64,000 nt of DNA, taken from a virus (lineage: Duplodnaviria > Heunggongvirae > Uroviricota > Caudoviricetes). The translations under genes and the position numbers were made by a program. The stretch is taken from the IMG/VR virus record IMGVR_UViG_3300013232_000486, one strand, 5' to 3'. Within the stretch, counting starts at the first letter, position 1; every line of letters starts with the position of its first letter. Shown here in pieces: positions 47,982-56,181 of the stretch. The notes under the pieces are model-generated. The model was not told the DNA's origin. It worked only from the letters and a program-made list of their open reading frames with translations, and did not search any database.

Positions 47982-48211
47982 TTTCCGATCCTTGGACTCA
48001 CGGGCGAGGGAACGTCAACCTCAATGAAGCTTTCCGAGGGACCGACTTCGCTCTCGATAATCATGAGCCGATCATTGAGGTCTTTCAGCTCCGTCAAGAG
48101 CATCCCCAAGATGGCCAGACCATCGCTGTCGCCGACCTTCTTCTGCATCCCAACGAGCATTTCCTCAATCGCCTCAAGGCGCTTCGTTGCCTTCTCGTAC
48201 CTCTTACCCAT
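47978..48211 (-). CDS. small coiled-coil protein
   Basis: 77-aa ORF. Confidence 0.3.
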   Translation of the reverse strand: MGKRYEKATKRLEAIEEMLVGMQKKVGDSDGLAILGMLLTELKDLNDRLMIIESEVGPSESFIEVDVPSPVSPRIGK

Positions 48212-48419
48212 GGGCTTCTCCTTCGTACTCGTCCTTCCAACATACGTATCCGCATGCCTTCGGACACCTCAAAGCGTACCCGCTCCTATGTGTCACGTAG
48301 TCATCAACCCACATGGTATCCATCAAAGTTTTGCACTTAGGACATCTATGATAAAGCGGCCCCTCATAGGGCTTAAATCGTTTTTTCTTCTTCTTCTTCT
48401 TGGTCACACAAAGCTCCAA
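48204..48419 (-). CDS. small zinc-ribbon protein with a poly-Lys N-terminus
   Basis: KKKKKKKR followed by CPKC...CPKAC. Confidence 0.35.
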   Translation of the reverse strand: MELCVTKKKKKKKRFKPYEGPLYHRCPKCKTLMDTMWVDDYVTHRSGYALRCPKACGYVCWKDEYEGEAHG

Positions 48420-48715
48420 CGGTCGTTCCCGTCAATGTCGATCACGTCGTTGTTTGACTCCAACTCTAATGATACAATGGAATCGAACGGTACATCCTTT
48501 TTCAGCATATTAGGTTTCTGCGAGTATATCTTCGCGTAGTCCTTTTCCACCTTCAAGACGCGGCATTTCTCCAGGCCGACGCCCATCCCACAATCCATGG
48601 AGAACTGCAAGTTCTTTTCGTAGATCGTGGTCAATACTTGTGCGACGTCATCATGATTGGCGATGTCCTCGACGTACCTTACGACTCGTCGAACCTCAAT
48701 TCTCTTGAACTTCAT
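48404..48715 (-). CDS. hypothetical protein
   Basis: 103-aa ORF. Confidence 0.35.
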   Translation of the reverse strand: MKFKRIEVRRVVRYVEDIANHDDVAQVLTTIYEKNLQFSMDCGMGVGLEKCRVLKVEKDYAKIYSQKPNMLKKDVPFDSIVSLELESNNDVIDIDGNDRWSFV

Positions 48716-49659
48716 GACGCGCCCCCGAGTTTCTCAAGAACGTCCTTGAGAGTCTCTTCGGATAACTTTGGAAGAAAGAACCTCAAGGTGACTATCATTT
48801 CCCTTCGTTTTATCCCAAGACCCGGAACCGAGACTTGATGCCCGAACATGCATCCCTTTGGAACGGCAACCTTCGCAGATAACCCAAGAGGGTTCTTTAC
48901 CCAAACCTCGCCACCGGCAAGGGCCGTCTCAAATGGAACGTCTACTGTCGTCCTCAATTGGTCTCCGATCCTCTGGAAATGAGGATCTTCCTTGACCCTG
49001 ACCTCCAACATCAAATCTCCATGAACAACCTTGTTCTTGCTTCTGGCCACCCTTCCAAGCCCAGAAAGCCTCAGAATGGTGGCGTTGTCGATTCCCGCTG
49101 GGATCTTGACCTCCAGCGTCGTTTCCTTGCCCACGTCCCCATCACCAAGGCATTCGAGGCAACGCATGGCGGCCACGTACCCACTGCCGCTGCAATCGTG
49201 GCAAGTCACCGCGCCGAAGTACGTCCCCATCGACCCGATTCCACCACATGCCCTGCAAACCAGGAGGTTTCCGTCCTGAGCCCCAGTCCCCATGCACGCT
49301 TCGCACAGCTTGTATGACGGTACCCCTATCGAGAATCTACCACCGATCATTGCTTGGGGCAAGGTCAAAGTTATCCCGCCCCTGACATTCATCGGCTTCT
49401 TTGTGCATTTAGCCGAGAAGAAAGAGGCGAGAAGGTCTTCTCGGATAGTGGTCGAATCGCTGCGAGCCGCTGGCTTCCTCGTGGGGTCAGAAAGTATGGA
49501 GTAGGCGTAGGATATCTCGTTGAACCTGTCCTCCGCCTCCTTCTTGTTGTCTGGATTGTGATCTGGATGCCACTTCAAGGCGAGCGCCCTGAAGGCGGAC
49601 TTGATTTCATCGTCCGTCGCCCCCAAAGGCACACCGAGAACGACGTATGGATCTCTCAT
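48712..49659 (-). CDS. dnaJ: DnaJ-like chaperone (J domain plus CxxCxGxG zinc-finger repeats)
   Basis: J domain DPYVVLGV...WHPDHNP (HPD). Four CxxCxGxG repeats: CEACMGTG, CRACGGIG, CHDCSGSG, CLECLGDG. A C-terminal beta domain follows. Confidence 0.9.
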   Translation of the reverse strand: MRDPYVVLGVPLGATDDEIKSAFRALALKWHPDHNPDNKKEAEDRFNEISYAYSILSDPTRKPAARSDSTTIREDLLASFFSAKCTKKPMNVRGGITLTLPQAMIGGRFSIGVPSYKLCEACMGTGAQDGNLLVCRACGGIGSMGTYFGAVTCHDCSGSGYVAAMRCLECLGDGDVGKETTLEVKIPAGIDNATILRLSGLGRVARSKNKVVHGDLMLEVRVKEDPHFQRIGDQLRTTVDVPFETALAGGEVWVKNPLGLSAKVAVPKGCMFGHQVSVPGLGIKRREMIVTLRFFLPKLSEETLKDVLEKLGGAS

Positions 49660-49961
49660 CTGCCCTTCTTCGGCTTAACCACCTCGCCAGGGCAATGCCA
49701 TGATCCGAGATCACCATGCTTGCTCGGGTCGATCTTTCTGGCTGGACCTCCGTTTTGTGAGCATTGCTTGTATTTCTTTGAGTCGTTGTACGTCCAAATC
49801 GGCCTTCCAGCATAGATGACTGGTGGGACGTCGGCTGGCCCGAAATGCCGTTCAACATTCTTTGATTTGCATTTTGGACATTCGGAGGGATGGGGATCCT
49901 TGATGCCCTTATCTACTTCGAAGACGGCCTTGCATTCTTTGCATTCGTAGTCGTATCGCAT
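49656..49961 (-). CDS. FmdB-family zinc-ribbon protein
   Basis: MRYDYECKECKAVFEV...CPKCKS; start trimmed to the internal Met. Confidence 0.5.
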   Translation of the reverse strand: MRYDYECKECKAVFEVDKGIKDPHPSECPKCKSKNVERHFGPADVPPVIYAGRPIWTYNDSKKYKQCSQNGGPARKIDPSKHGDLGSWHCPGEVVKPKKGR

Positions 49962-50902
49962 GCGTTCTTCCAGAGCTGCTGGCCACACCAACAGGAGTTC
50001 CCATTACCATTATACGCCACCGCGCCAGGGATCCTTTTGACCAACCTTGCCCAGCAAGACCTGCAAACGGTCTCCGAGTTCGGATTCTCGTCATACACAT
50101 ACTCGAAATAGATCGTCGCCTCTCCATGCGCCATCTGCATGTCTTCCAAGATGGCTGGAGGAGAGTCATCCTTGAACGATGGCAAGAAAGAAACCAGATG
50201 TATTGGAGTCAATGGGCCAGCAGCCCCAGAGATTTCGGGAAGAATCGAACGGATACGCTTATGGTTGTTATGCCTGACGATCATGCTGACTTCAAGGTTG
50301 CTGGTCCATTTAGCGTATTCCATGTTCTGAAACAAAAGGTCAAGGTCTCTGGACGACACCTCGCAACAAGCTTGGTATTCTTCTGGAGATCCCTTTATGT
50401 CGATGCTGACCACGTCTGTTTCTTCAAGGACTGACTCAAACAGATCCCTTGACATCATCCCCGATGTCTTCAGAGCCGTGTAAAGGCCATTTTCATGGGC
50501 CATCTTGAACGTCGTCTTGACGAACTCGGCGTACAACAGCGGCTCGCTGAAGCTAAACGCGATCCCAACCGCGTTTTCAGCAATCGCCCTTGATACCAAT
50601 GCCGCCGAATGAATAAATGTCTGTTGCCCACGCGCCTGGCTAATCTTATGGTTGATGCAGAACGAGCATCTGAGGTTGCAGCCATAGAAACCAACCGTGA
50701 ACACGTTTGTTCCTGGCCGATAATGGTAGATGGCTTTCTCTTCTATGGGACCGACAGAAAGAGTACTTATGCTGGGGCCTTCAATGACAATACCATCTCC
50801 ATCAAACGAGACCGCTTGACAAAGGCCGACTTGACCTTTCGACAACGAACAATTCCTAAAGCACCTCTGACATCTCATGGATAAAAGGTAGCACGAGAAC
50901 AA
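49913..50902 (-). CDS. radical SAM enzyme, PflA-like/AmmeMemoRadiSam-type
   Basis: CNLRCSFC is CX3CX2C. The upstream stretch GPIEEKAIYHYRPGTNVFTVGFYGCNLRCSFCINHKISQ and the N-terminal Cys cluster CQRCFRNC...GLCQ match my memory of the AmmeMemoSam radical SAM family pattern. Confidence 0.65.
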   Translation of the reverse strand: MFSCYLLSMRCQRCFRNCSLSKGQVGLCQAVSFDGDGIVIEGPSISTLSVGPIEEKAIYHYRPGTNVFTVGFYGCNLRCSFCINHKISQARGQQTFIHSAALVSRAIAENAVGIAFSFSEPLLYAEFVKTTFKMAHENGLYTALKTSGMMSRDLFESVLEETDVVSIDIKGSPEEYQACCEVSSRDLDLLFQNMEYAKWTSNLEVSMIVRHNNHKRIRSILPEISGAAGPLTPIHLVSFLPSFKDDSPPAILEDMQMAHGEATIYFEYVYDENPNSETVCRSCWARLVKRIPGAVAYNGNGNSCWCGQQLWKNACDTTTNAKNARPSSK

Positions 50903-50908
50903 GTTAAG

Positions 50909-51562
50909 TCAATCTAAAAAATCGAACCTGTCTGGAGCGGACACTTCTTGCGTCTGAGGACACGAAGTCCTCATTTCCTCGGCAATTATCCGAAGACACT
51001 TTTGTCTGGTTTCTTCCTCAGCGTTCAAAAGCATCATCTGTACTGCCACAGTCTTCTCCTCGAAGGCTGGTCTGGCCACGCTGTAATAGAACGGAAACAT
51101 GTAGTTATCGACGATCCACTTGTCGTCATAAGTTCTTTTCAGGTATGGTATTGAGGCCCTGAACGTCATGTTCTCTTGGGCGAGCGTCTCCTTCGCCAAA
51201 AGCATCTTGTCATGGGCGCAATGAAGCAGCTCGTGAACGGCCACAACATCGTCTGGGGCCTTCGGCGAGTACATGATGTAGACCAATGAGAGCGGCCTTA
51301 CATACAAGCCTGCGGCCCCAGACAATCCCCATCTCTTCCACAAAGCAGTGTTGTCGTTCTTGAGGATCTTGATCTTCGCGATTATGTCCGCGACTTCTGG
51401 ATACCTTTCCATCACGAAGGCATATGGCTTGGGCAAGTGTTCTATGGACAAGACGGTCGTCCCGACGTGACTGGCAACGTCTGAACGAAGCCTCTCGAGG
51501 TTCTTTAGCTGAACCCGTTCCTGGGCCTTGGCCCGCTCCACCATTGCAGCGCAAGTATGCAT
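50909..51562 (-). CDS. putative HExxH zinc metallohydrolase
   Basis: VHELLHCAH motif. Confidence 0.35.
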   Translation of the reverse strand: MHTCAAMVERAKAQERVQLKNLERLRSDVASHVGTTVLSIEHLPKPYAFVMERYPEVADIIAKIKILKNDNTALWKRWGLSGAAGLYVRPLSLVYIMYSPKAPDDVVAVHELLHCAHDKMLLAKETLAQENMTFRASIPYLKRTYDDKWIVDNYMFPFYYSVARPAFEEKTVAVQMMLLNAEEETRQKCLRIIAEEMRTSCPQTQEVSAPDRFDFLD

Positions 51563-51792
51563 TACCTACCGCCTGGAAGTGGAGGCCAATCGTCCCGCTT
51601 ATCGCTCATTTCTTTCTCCAACTCCTTGAGCCTGATCTTGTAATGCTCGATGCATCTCCGTGCATCACAGATCTCGCGGTGTCCGCTAACCTCTGGGAGT
51701 TGATTACTGAGCTTTTTCGCAGCTCCGAGCAACTGGCGGGCGGCAAGAGAGAACCTCGCAGCCAATTCAATGTCGGTCATGTTTTTCGCCAC
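51562..51792 (-). CDS. hypothetical protein
   Basis: 76-aa ORF. Confidence 0.3.
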   Translation of the reverse strand: MAKNMTDIELAARFSLAARQLLGAAKKLSNQLPEVSGHREICDARRCIEHYKIRLKELEKEMSDKRDDWPPLPGGR

Positions 51793-52021
51793 TCAACGGG
51801 TAGTACCGACGTAAATCCGCATCTGGGCAACTGACGTAAGCCAAAAACCCACCACCAACCTCGTACATGACGTATGTTGGTGGGAAGCGAGAGTCCTCGT
51901 CGTCGTGTACGGAACAGACTCGTCTGACCTCTCGCTTCCCATCGCTCCACACGCATGCTTTGCGGTCATACTTCCACTTCCCGCCATACGTTGTGGCAAG
52001 GTACTTGGAGTATGACTTCAT
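51767..52021 (-). CDS. hypothetical protein
   Basis: 84-aa ORF. Confidence 0.3.
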   Translation of the reverse strand: MKSYSKYLATTYGGKWKYDRKACVWSDGKREVRRVCSVHDDEDSRFPPTYVMYEVGGGFLAYVSCPDADLRRYYPLSGEKHDRH

Positions 52022-52024
52022 GGC

Positions 52025-52690
52025 CTACTTCCTAATGATGATGTAGCCGCTCTTGCCCGACTTCCAGACCTCTTCCGAGAGGAACTGCTTCCAACTGTCC
52101 CTCATTTCGACAGAGTTGATCCTGAAGACAGGGCTCCACGCTGGCTCGAATGGCTGGTTCCACCGATTCGGGTCATGTGGGTACGCGTCCCTCATCTCTG
52201 GCCTGTCCCGAAGGGACATGTTGGCCTCTCGAAGGGTTCTATCCGCCTTCTTGGCATTGCATGGCTTGCAACTGATGACGCAGTTCATCCATGTCGACTT
52301 CCCGTTCTTCTTCCTCGGAACTAGGTGGTCGATGGTAATTTCAGACAAATCTGGCTTCTGCCCGCAGAACTGACAGAGTCCCTTGTCTCGGCGCATCAAG
52401 TTGCGCCGACTGAACTGCATGATCCGCTTCTTCATTGGAGTCGTCTGGTTCAAGACGATTATCTCTGGAACGCGGACTTCCAAGTGGCTCGTGTGGACAA
52501 CAGTTTCCCCGGAGGTCGCGTCAATGGCGAACCATGACTCCAACGTGTGGAGCGTGAAGTCCTTGTGATCAAGGAAGCGGCAAGTCTCGGTGCAAAGCTT
52601 ACCGAACGCGCTCTGAACCGTACACGTATCGACCGCTTGCCAGCTCTTGTTCAAGACGAGGACATGAGAGCCGAGGATGTTGGTCTTCAT
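52025..52690 (-). CDS. HNH endonuclease
   Basis: CQFCGQKPDLSEITIDHLVPRKKNGKSTWMNCVISCKPCNAKK is the H-N-H motif with CxxC...CxxC. Confidence 0.85.
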   Translation of the reverse strand: MKTNILGSHVLVLNKSWQAVDTCTVQSAFGKLCTETCRFLDHKDFTLHTLESWFAIDATSGETVVHTSHLEVRVPEIIVLNQTTPMKKRIMQFSRRNLMRRDKGLCQFCGQKPDLSEITIDHLVPRKKNGKSTWMNCVISCKPCNAKKADRTLREANMSLRDRPEMRDAYPHDPNRWNQPFEPAWSPVFRINSVEMRDSWKQFLSEEVWKSGKSGYIIIRK

Positions 52691-53304
52691 TGTATCTTGA
52701 CAACAATTCCAGCGGGAATGGTTCGCTGGCTGATGAGTTTCCTTTCCGTTACCTCTCCAGTTAGCTTGTTGACCATCTTCTTGTGGGTAGTCACGGTGAT
52801 ACCCACTGGGTCGTAAAACAGCTTAACCGCACGCCAACGGTTTTTCCAGACCTTTTCGTAATCTTTTGAGTGGACGTAAATGGGCAAGACCTCCTCCTTG
52901 ATCATCTCCCAGAACATCTCGTCCCTGTTCATAAGTGCTTGGATCTCGGCCAGCTTATCCTCAAACAGTTTGATGTCCTCGACTGGAAAACCCGTGCCGT
53001 CGTCTTGCGTGATCTTGTCCGCGTAGTCGAAGACGGCCTCCCACTGGGCGCAGAACTTCGAGAACTCCAGTAGCCCCATGGGCTTCTTGAAGAACCTTCG
53101 CCACAGACGTTTGAACCAGGCGAAACGGAGGCTCTCCGTCTTGGGATCGGGATACATCTCAATCTCGAAGTACTCGTAATCCACGTGATCAAGTTTCCGC
53201 TCGTTCACGAAGGCCTTGAGTTCGTCTGCGACTCGTTCCGCGTCGATCCTAGGTTCGTGATGCTCCCTGGGGATCATTGCTGGCTTGGGACTCTGGCTTT
53301 CCAT
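52687..53304 (-). CDS. hypothetical protein, translationally coupled between the ABC ATPase and the HNH nuclease
   Basis: A strong SD GAGGAGA lies 6 nt before ATG 53304. The gene overlaps the ATPase 3' end by 53 nt and the HNH start by 4 nt. Confidence 0.5.
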   Translation of the reverse strand: MESQSPKPAMIPREHHEPRIDAERVADELKAFVNERKLDHVDYEYFEIEMYPDPKTESLRFAWFKRLWRRFFKKPMGLLEFSKFCAQWEAVFDYADKITQDDGTGFPVEDIKLFEDKLAEIQALMNRDEMFWEMIKEEVLPIYVHSKDYEKVWKNRWRAVKLFYDPVGITVTTHKKMVNKLTGEVTERKLISQRTIPAGIVVKIQ

Positions 53305-54139
53305 AGATACTCTCCTCGACGTCTATCAACCCGTCTTTGCATTGGTCTATCAAGACCAGACTGTGCGTGGTGGTAAGCAACTGCTTTCCCTGGAACATTT
53401 CCTTCAGCGCCTCAACCATCATCAAATGGCGCTTGTAATGAACGTGCATCTCCAAGTTGTCCACGAGGACGATGTGAGGCTGTCTCTCTGGTGGCAGCGT
53501 GACGATCTGGCTTAACGCCCGCGAAATCTTCTTCTCTCCAGCGGAACACTTCTTGCTGTGAACCCTGGATCCTCGCTTGTTCATCCAGAACCCAACGACA
53601 TACTGCTTCCCAACCTCTTCCCCAGCGGCCCTGGCCAACTCGCTCTCGTACCTCTTGTCGAATGACACCTCGTAGAACTCTGGCTCGATGGGAATGCCCG
53701 TGATCATCTCGTAGTACTTTGAGAACGTTGGCCACAACTCTAGCGGAAGGACGAAGTTCGTCATGTCCTGGTCGAACCTGGCGAAGAAACAGATTCCCAT
53801 CCACCACCAAGGCTGTTGGGTCATGCCTTTCCCGTCGCTGAAGCCCTTCTCGGTCATTTCCACGACCAAGTCGCGGCCATCGTTGTCAAACGTACCAACG
53901 ATCTTGAAGCCCCTCGCGGAGTCCTTCTCCTCGACGTTTCGGATGTTCTTGCGAAGGTATGCCTCTATTCTCTCTTGCGACCCGAACACGAGGCTTGAGC
54001 ACAACAAGTTCACGGCCTCAAGCGCCGTTGTTTTGCCGATGCCATTGGGACCAATGAAGCAATTGAAGTCCCCAAACTTGAACTCGGTCTTCGGGTAGCC
54101 CCTGAAGTCCTCTAGGTAAAGGCTCTTGATCTTAAGCAT
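53249..54139 (-). CDS. ABC-type (RecF/SMC-like, AAA_15/AAA_21-like) ATPase
   Basis: LYLEDFRGYPKTEFKFGDFNCFIGPNGIGKTTALEA (Walker A), SAGEKK (signature-like), IVLVDNLE (Walker B), TTHS (H-loop); 296 aa with no coiled-coil insert. Confidence 0.8.
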   Translation of the reverse strand: MLKIKSLYLEDFRGYPKTEFKFGDFNCFIGPNGIGKTTALEAVNLLCSSLVFGSQERIEAYLRKNIRNVEEKDSARGFKIVGTFDNDGRDLVVEMTEKGFSDGKGMTQQPWWWMGICFFARFDQDMTNFVLPLELWPTFSKYYEMITGIPIEPEFYEVSFDKRYESELARAAGEEVGKQYVVGFWMNKRGSRVHSKKCSAGEKKISRALSQIVTLPPERQPHIVLVDNLEMHVHYKRHLMMVEALKEMFQGKQLLTTTHSLVLIDQCKDGLIDVEESIYGKPESQASNDPQGASRT

Positions 54140-55001
54140 GCTGTTCTCCGGGGTCTGCTATTCCGAATTCCCTGCTGATTTCCCTATTGAGCTTTCCTTC
54201 TGGGATCATGGAGATGGCCTTCATCAGAAGCTTTTCGTACCGCTTCCGCTCGTCCTTCTCGTTCTGCGTCCTACCAGCCTCGCGCTCTCTGGACGCCTTG
54301 TAGCTGTTGATGATGACGCTCATGGCAACCATCGCGACGATGACGAAGATGATGACAAACGCGCCAACTACCCCCAAAACAGTATATACTGCTGCTGCGG
54401 GGTACATGTTAACGTCTCGGCCAGCCTGGGCCGTGAGATGTTCTTCGACCCTCTCCATTTTCTGCTCGAACTTGTTGTTGAAGCCCACTTGTCCATTTGC
54501 CGTGGCATTGATCGTCGTTTCCAGCCTTCCGATCGCCACGTCCAGCTTGGCGAGCAGCGTAGCCTGGGCGCTGAACTCGGCTTCCATCTTGACCGACGTG
54601 TTCATAATCGCCGTCAACTCAGCCTTTAGGTTCGCCACCGCCGTCAAAGCCGCCTCAAGCTTGTTTTTCATCTCCACGTTGGCCGTGTTGTTCATCGTGG
54701 CCGTGACCTTGACCAACTCGGACAAGTTCGCCTCAAGCCCAGTCAACCTCTCGGCAAGCTTGGATACGTTGGCGTTCAAAAGCCCGCTGAACTGGTTGGC
54801 CGTGTTGTTGGATGACGTCGCGATGTCAGTCCTGAGGTCGGAAAGACCCTTCCTTACCTCTCCAAGGTCTTGCTCCTTGGACGGTTGCACGTTTACGTTG
54901 ACGGGTGGTGGTGGATCAGACTTTTGGTCGATCTTGCCTTTCTGATCCATAATACACCCCGACAAAACGACCAGTCCGATCACCAGTAGAAGCCTTTTCA
55001 T
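54132..55001 (-). CDS. lipoprotein with a long coiled coil and a C-terminal transmembrane helix (predicted to span the periplasm)
   Basis: Start at the ATG preceded by AAGGAGGA, not the 474-aa ORF-track extension. MKRLLLVIGLVVLSGC lipobox. About 240 aa of N/A/T/L-rich heptads. C-terminal transmembrane AAAVYTVLGVVGAFVIIFVIVAMVAMSVII followed by a K/R/E-rich tail. Confidence 0.6.
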   Translation of the reverse strand: MKRLLLVIGLVVLSGCIMDQKGKIDQKSDPPPPVNVNVQPSKEQDLGEVRKGLSDLRTDIATSSNNTANQFSGLLNANVSKLAERLTGLEANLSELVKVTATMNNTANVEMKNKLEAALTAVANLKAELTAIMNTSVKMEAEFSAQATLLAKLDVAIGRLETTINATANGQVGFNNKFEQKMERVEEHLTAQAGRDVNMYPAAAVYTVLGVVGAFVIIFVIVAMVAMSVIINSYKASREREAGRTQNEKDERKRYEKLLMKAISMIPEGKLNREISREFGIADPGEQHA

Positions 55002-55131
55002 TGCGCAAATCCTCCTTGGACTTGATGATACGGGCCATTCTGGCCTATGGTCTCGTTCATTTACATGGAAAGAGCAATCAAGAAGCCAAATTGTGCTTGC
55101 ACATTCGTTTATTGGCGCTAGGATGCCAAAC
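55002..55131. promoter_or_regulatory. divergent intergenic region between the minus-strand lipoprotein operon and the plus-strand methyltransferase gene; probably holds divergent promoters
   Basis: This is the only strand-switch intergenic region in the window. A weak sigma70-like TTGCAC(16 nt)TAGGAT lies upstream of the methyltransferase gene. Confidence 0.35.
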
Positions 55132-56181
55132 ATGAGAGTGGGAAGCTTGTTTTCGGGCATCGGCGGGATCGAACTCGGCCTTGAAAGGGCTGGAGGATTC
55201 GAGACCGTATGGCAAGTGGAGATAAACCCATACGCCAGAGACATTCTGAACAAACATTGGACCATCAGCCCCGTCATAAGCGACGTAAAAGACGTCCTCA
55301 CGTCAAATTTGTGCCAAATTGACTTGCTCTGCGGCGGATTTCCATGCAAGGACATCAGTAACTCAAAAACAGCCAAGGAAGATCCAAAAGGCCTCGCTGG
55401 AAAGCAGAGCGGTCTCTGGTTCGAGATGGACAAAATCATCTCTTCTCTGAAGCCAGCCTTGGTTTTAATAGAAAACGTCGGAGCTTTGCGCTCACGCGGA
55501 CTTGACGTCGTCCTGGCCAACCTAGACGTCAATGGATACGATGCCGAATGGGGCATAATCTCGTCTGGGGCGCTTGGACTGCATCATCTTCGCAAGCGAC
55601 TGTTCGTCATAGCCGCGAAAAGGGGCGAGAACGATGGCCTCATAGGCAACATATTCTTCCCGAGGCCAAAGTGCGAGAAAGTTCCCAACGACAAACCACC
55701 GATTCTCCTATCAAAGTCGCCGACCAAGGAGCAACAACTTAGGATAGAGGCTCTTGGGAACTGCGTAACGCCGATCTGCGCCGAATTCATCGGCAAGAGA
55801 ATCAATCAAGGGCAAGCAAAGTCGAAAAACGTACATGGAAACCTCATTGCGTGCCTCTCCGAGGGAACGTGGAGGCAGTACGAGGGAATGACGTTCCTCC
55901 CGTACGACGTGCTTCCACAGTTGAAAGAACTTCCTCCGTGTGGGATAATGACCCATGAAGACGACGTCACGGTTCTAAGGCAGACAGGGGTCTGGAAACA
56001 TCCCAAATGCCAGTACCGTACGCCAACGGCACGAGACTACATTGGTCTTTCGGCGCTTTCATGGAGGACGAGAGATGTAGGAGACAAGACGCCCACCTTG
56101 CCAGACCAACTCGGGGCCATAGCAGACCCCGATTGGCTAGAATGGTTGATGGGGTTCCCAGAAGGCTGGACAAAACCGTGA
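55132..56181 (+). CDS. DNA (cytosine-5)-methyltransferase
   Basis: LFSGIGG (motif I), GGFPCKDIS (motif IV), ENV, HLRKRLFVIAA, GNCV. Alternative starts are ATG 55123 or GTG 55093. Confidence 0.85.
   Translation: MRVGSLFSGIGGIELGLERAGGFETVWQVEINPYARDILNKHWTISPVISDVKDVLTSNLCQIDLLCGGFPCKDISNSKTAKEDPKGLAGKQSGLWFEMDKIISSLKPALVLIENVGALRSRGLDVVLANLDVNGYDAEWGIISSGALGLHHLRKRLFVIAAKRGENDGLIGNIFFPRPKCEKVPNDKPPILLSKSPTKEQQLRIEALGNCVTPICAEFIGKRINQGQAKSKNVHGNLIACLSEGTWRQYEGMTFLPYDVLPQLKELPPCGIMTHEDDVTVLRQTGVWKHPKCQYRTPTARDYIGLSALSWRTRDVGDKTPTLPDQLGAIADPDWLEWLMGFPEGWTKP

Noticed and set aside
54132-55556. The 474-aa ORF-track version of the lipoprotein gene
   Set aside because: The upstream 185 codons lack a start context and are Ser/Pro/Arg-rich. 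A perfect SD AAGGAGGA precedes the internal ATG at 55001, which begins a textbook lipoprotein signal peptide.
56007-56141. N-terminal extension of the HNH ORF (start at 56007)
   Set aside because: It runs entirely inside the methyltransferase coding region in another frame. The HNH-domain protein most plausibly starts at ATG 56142 or TTG 56133.
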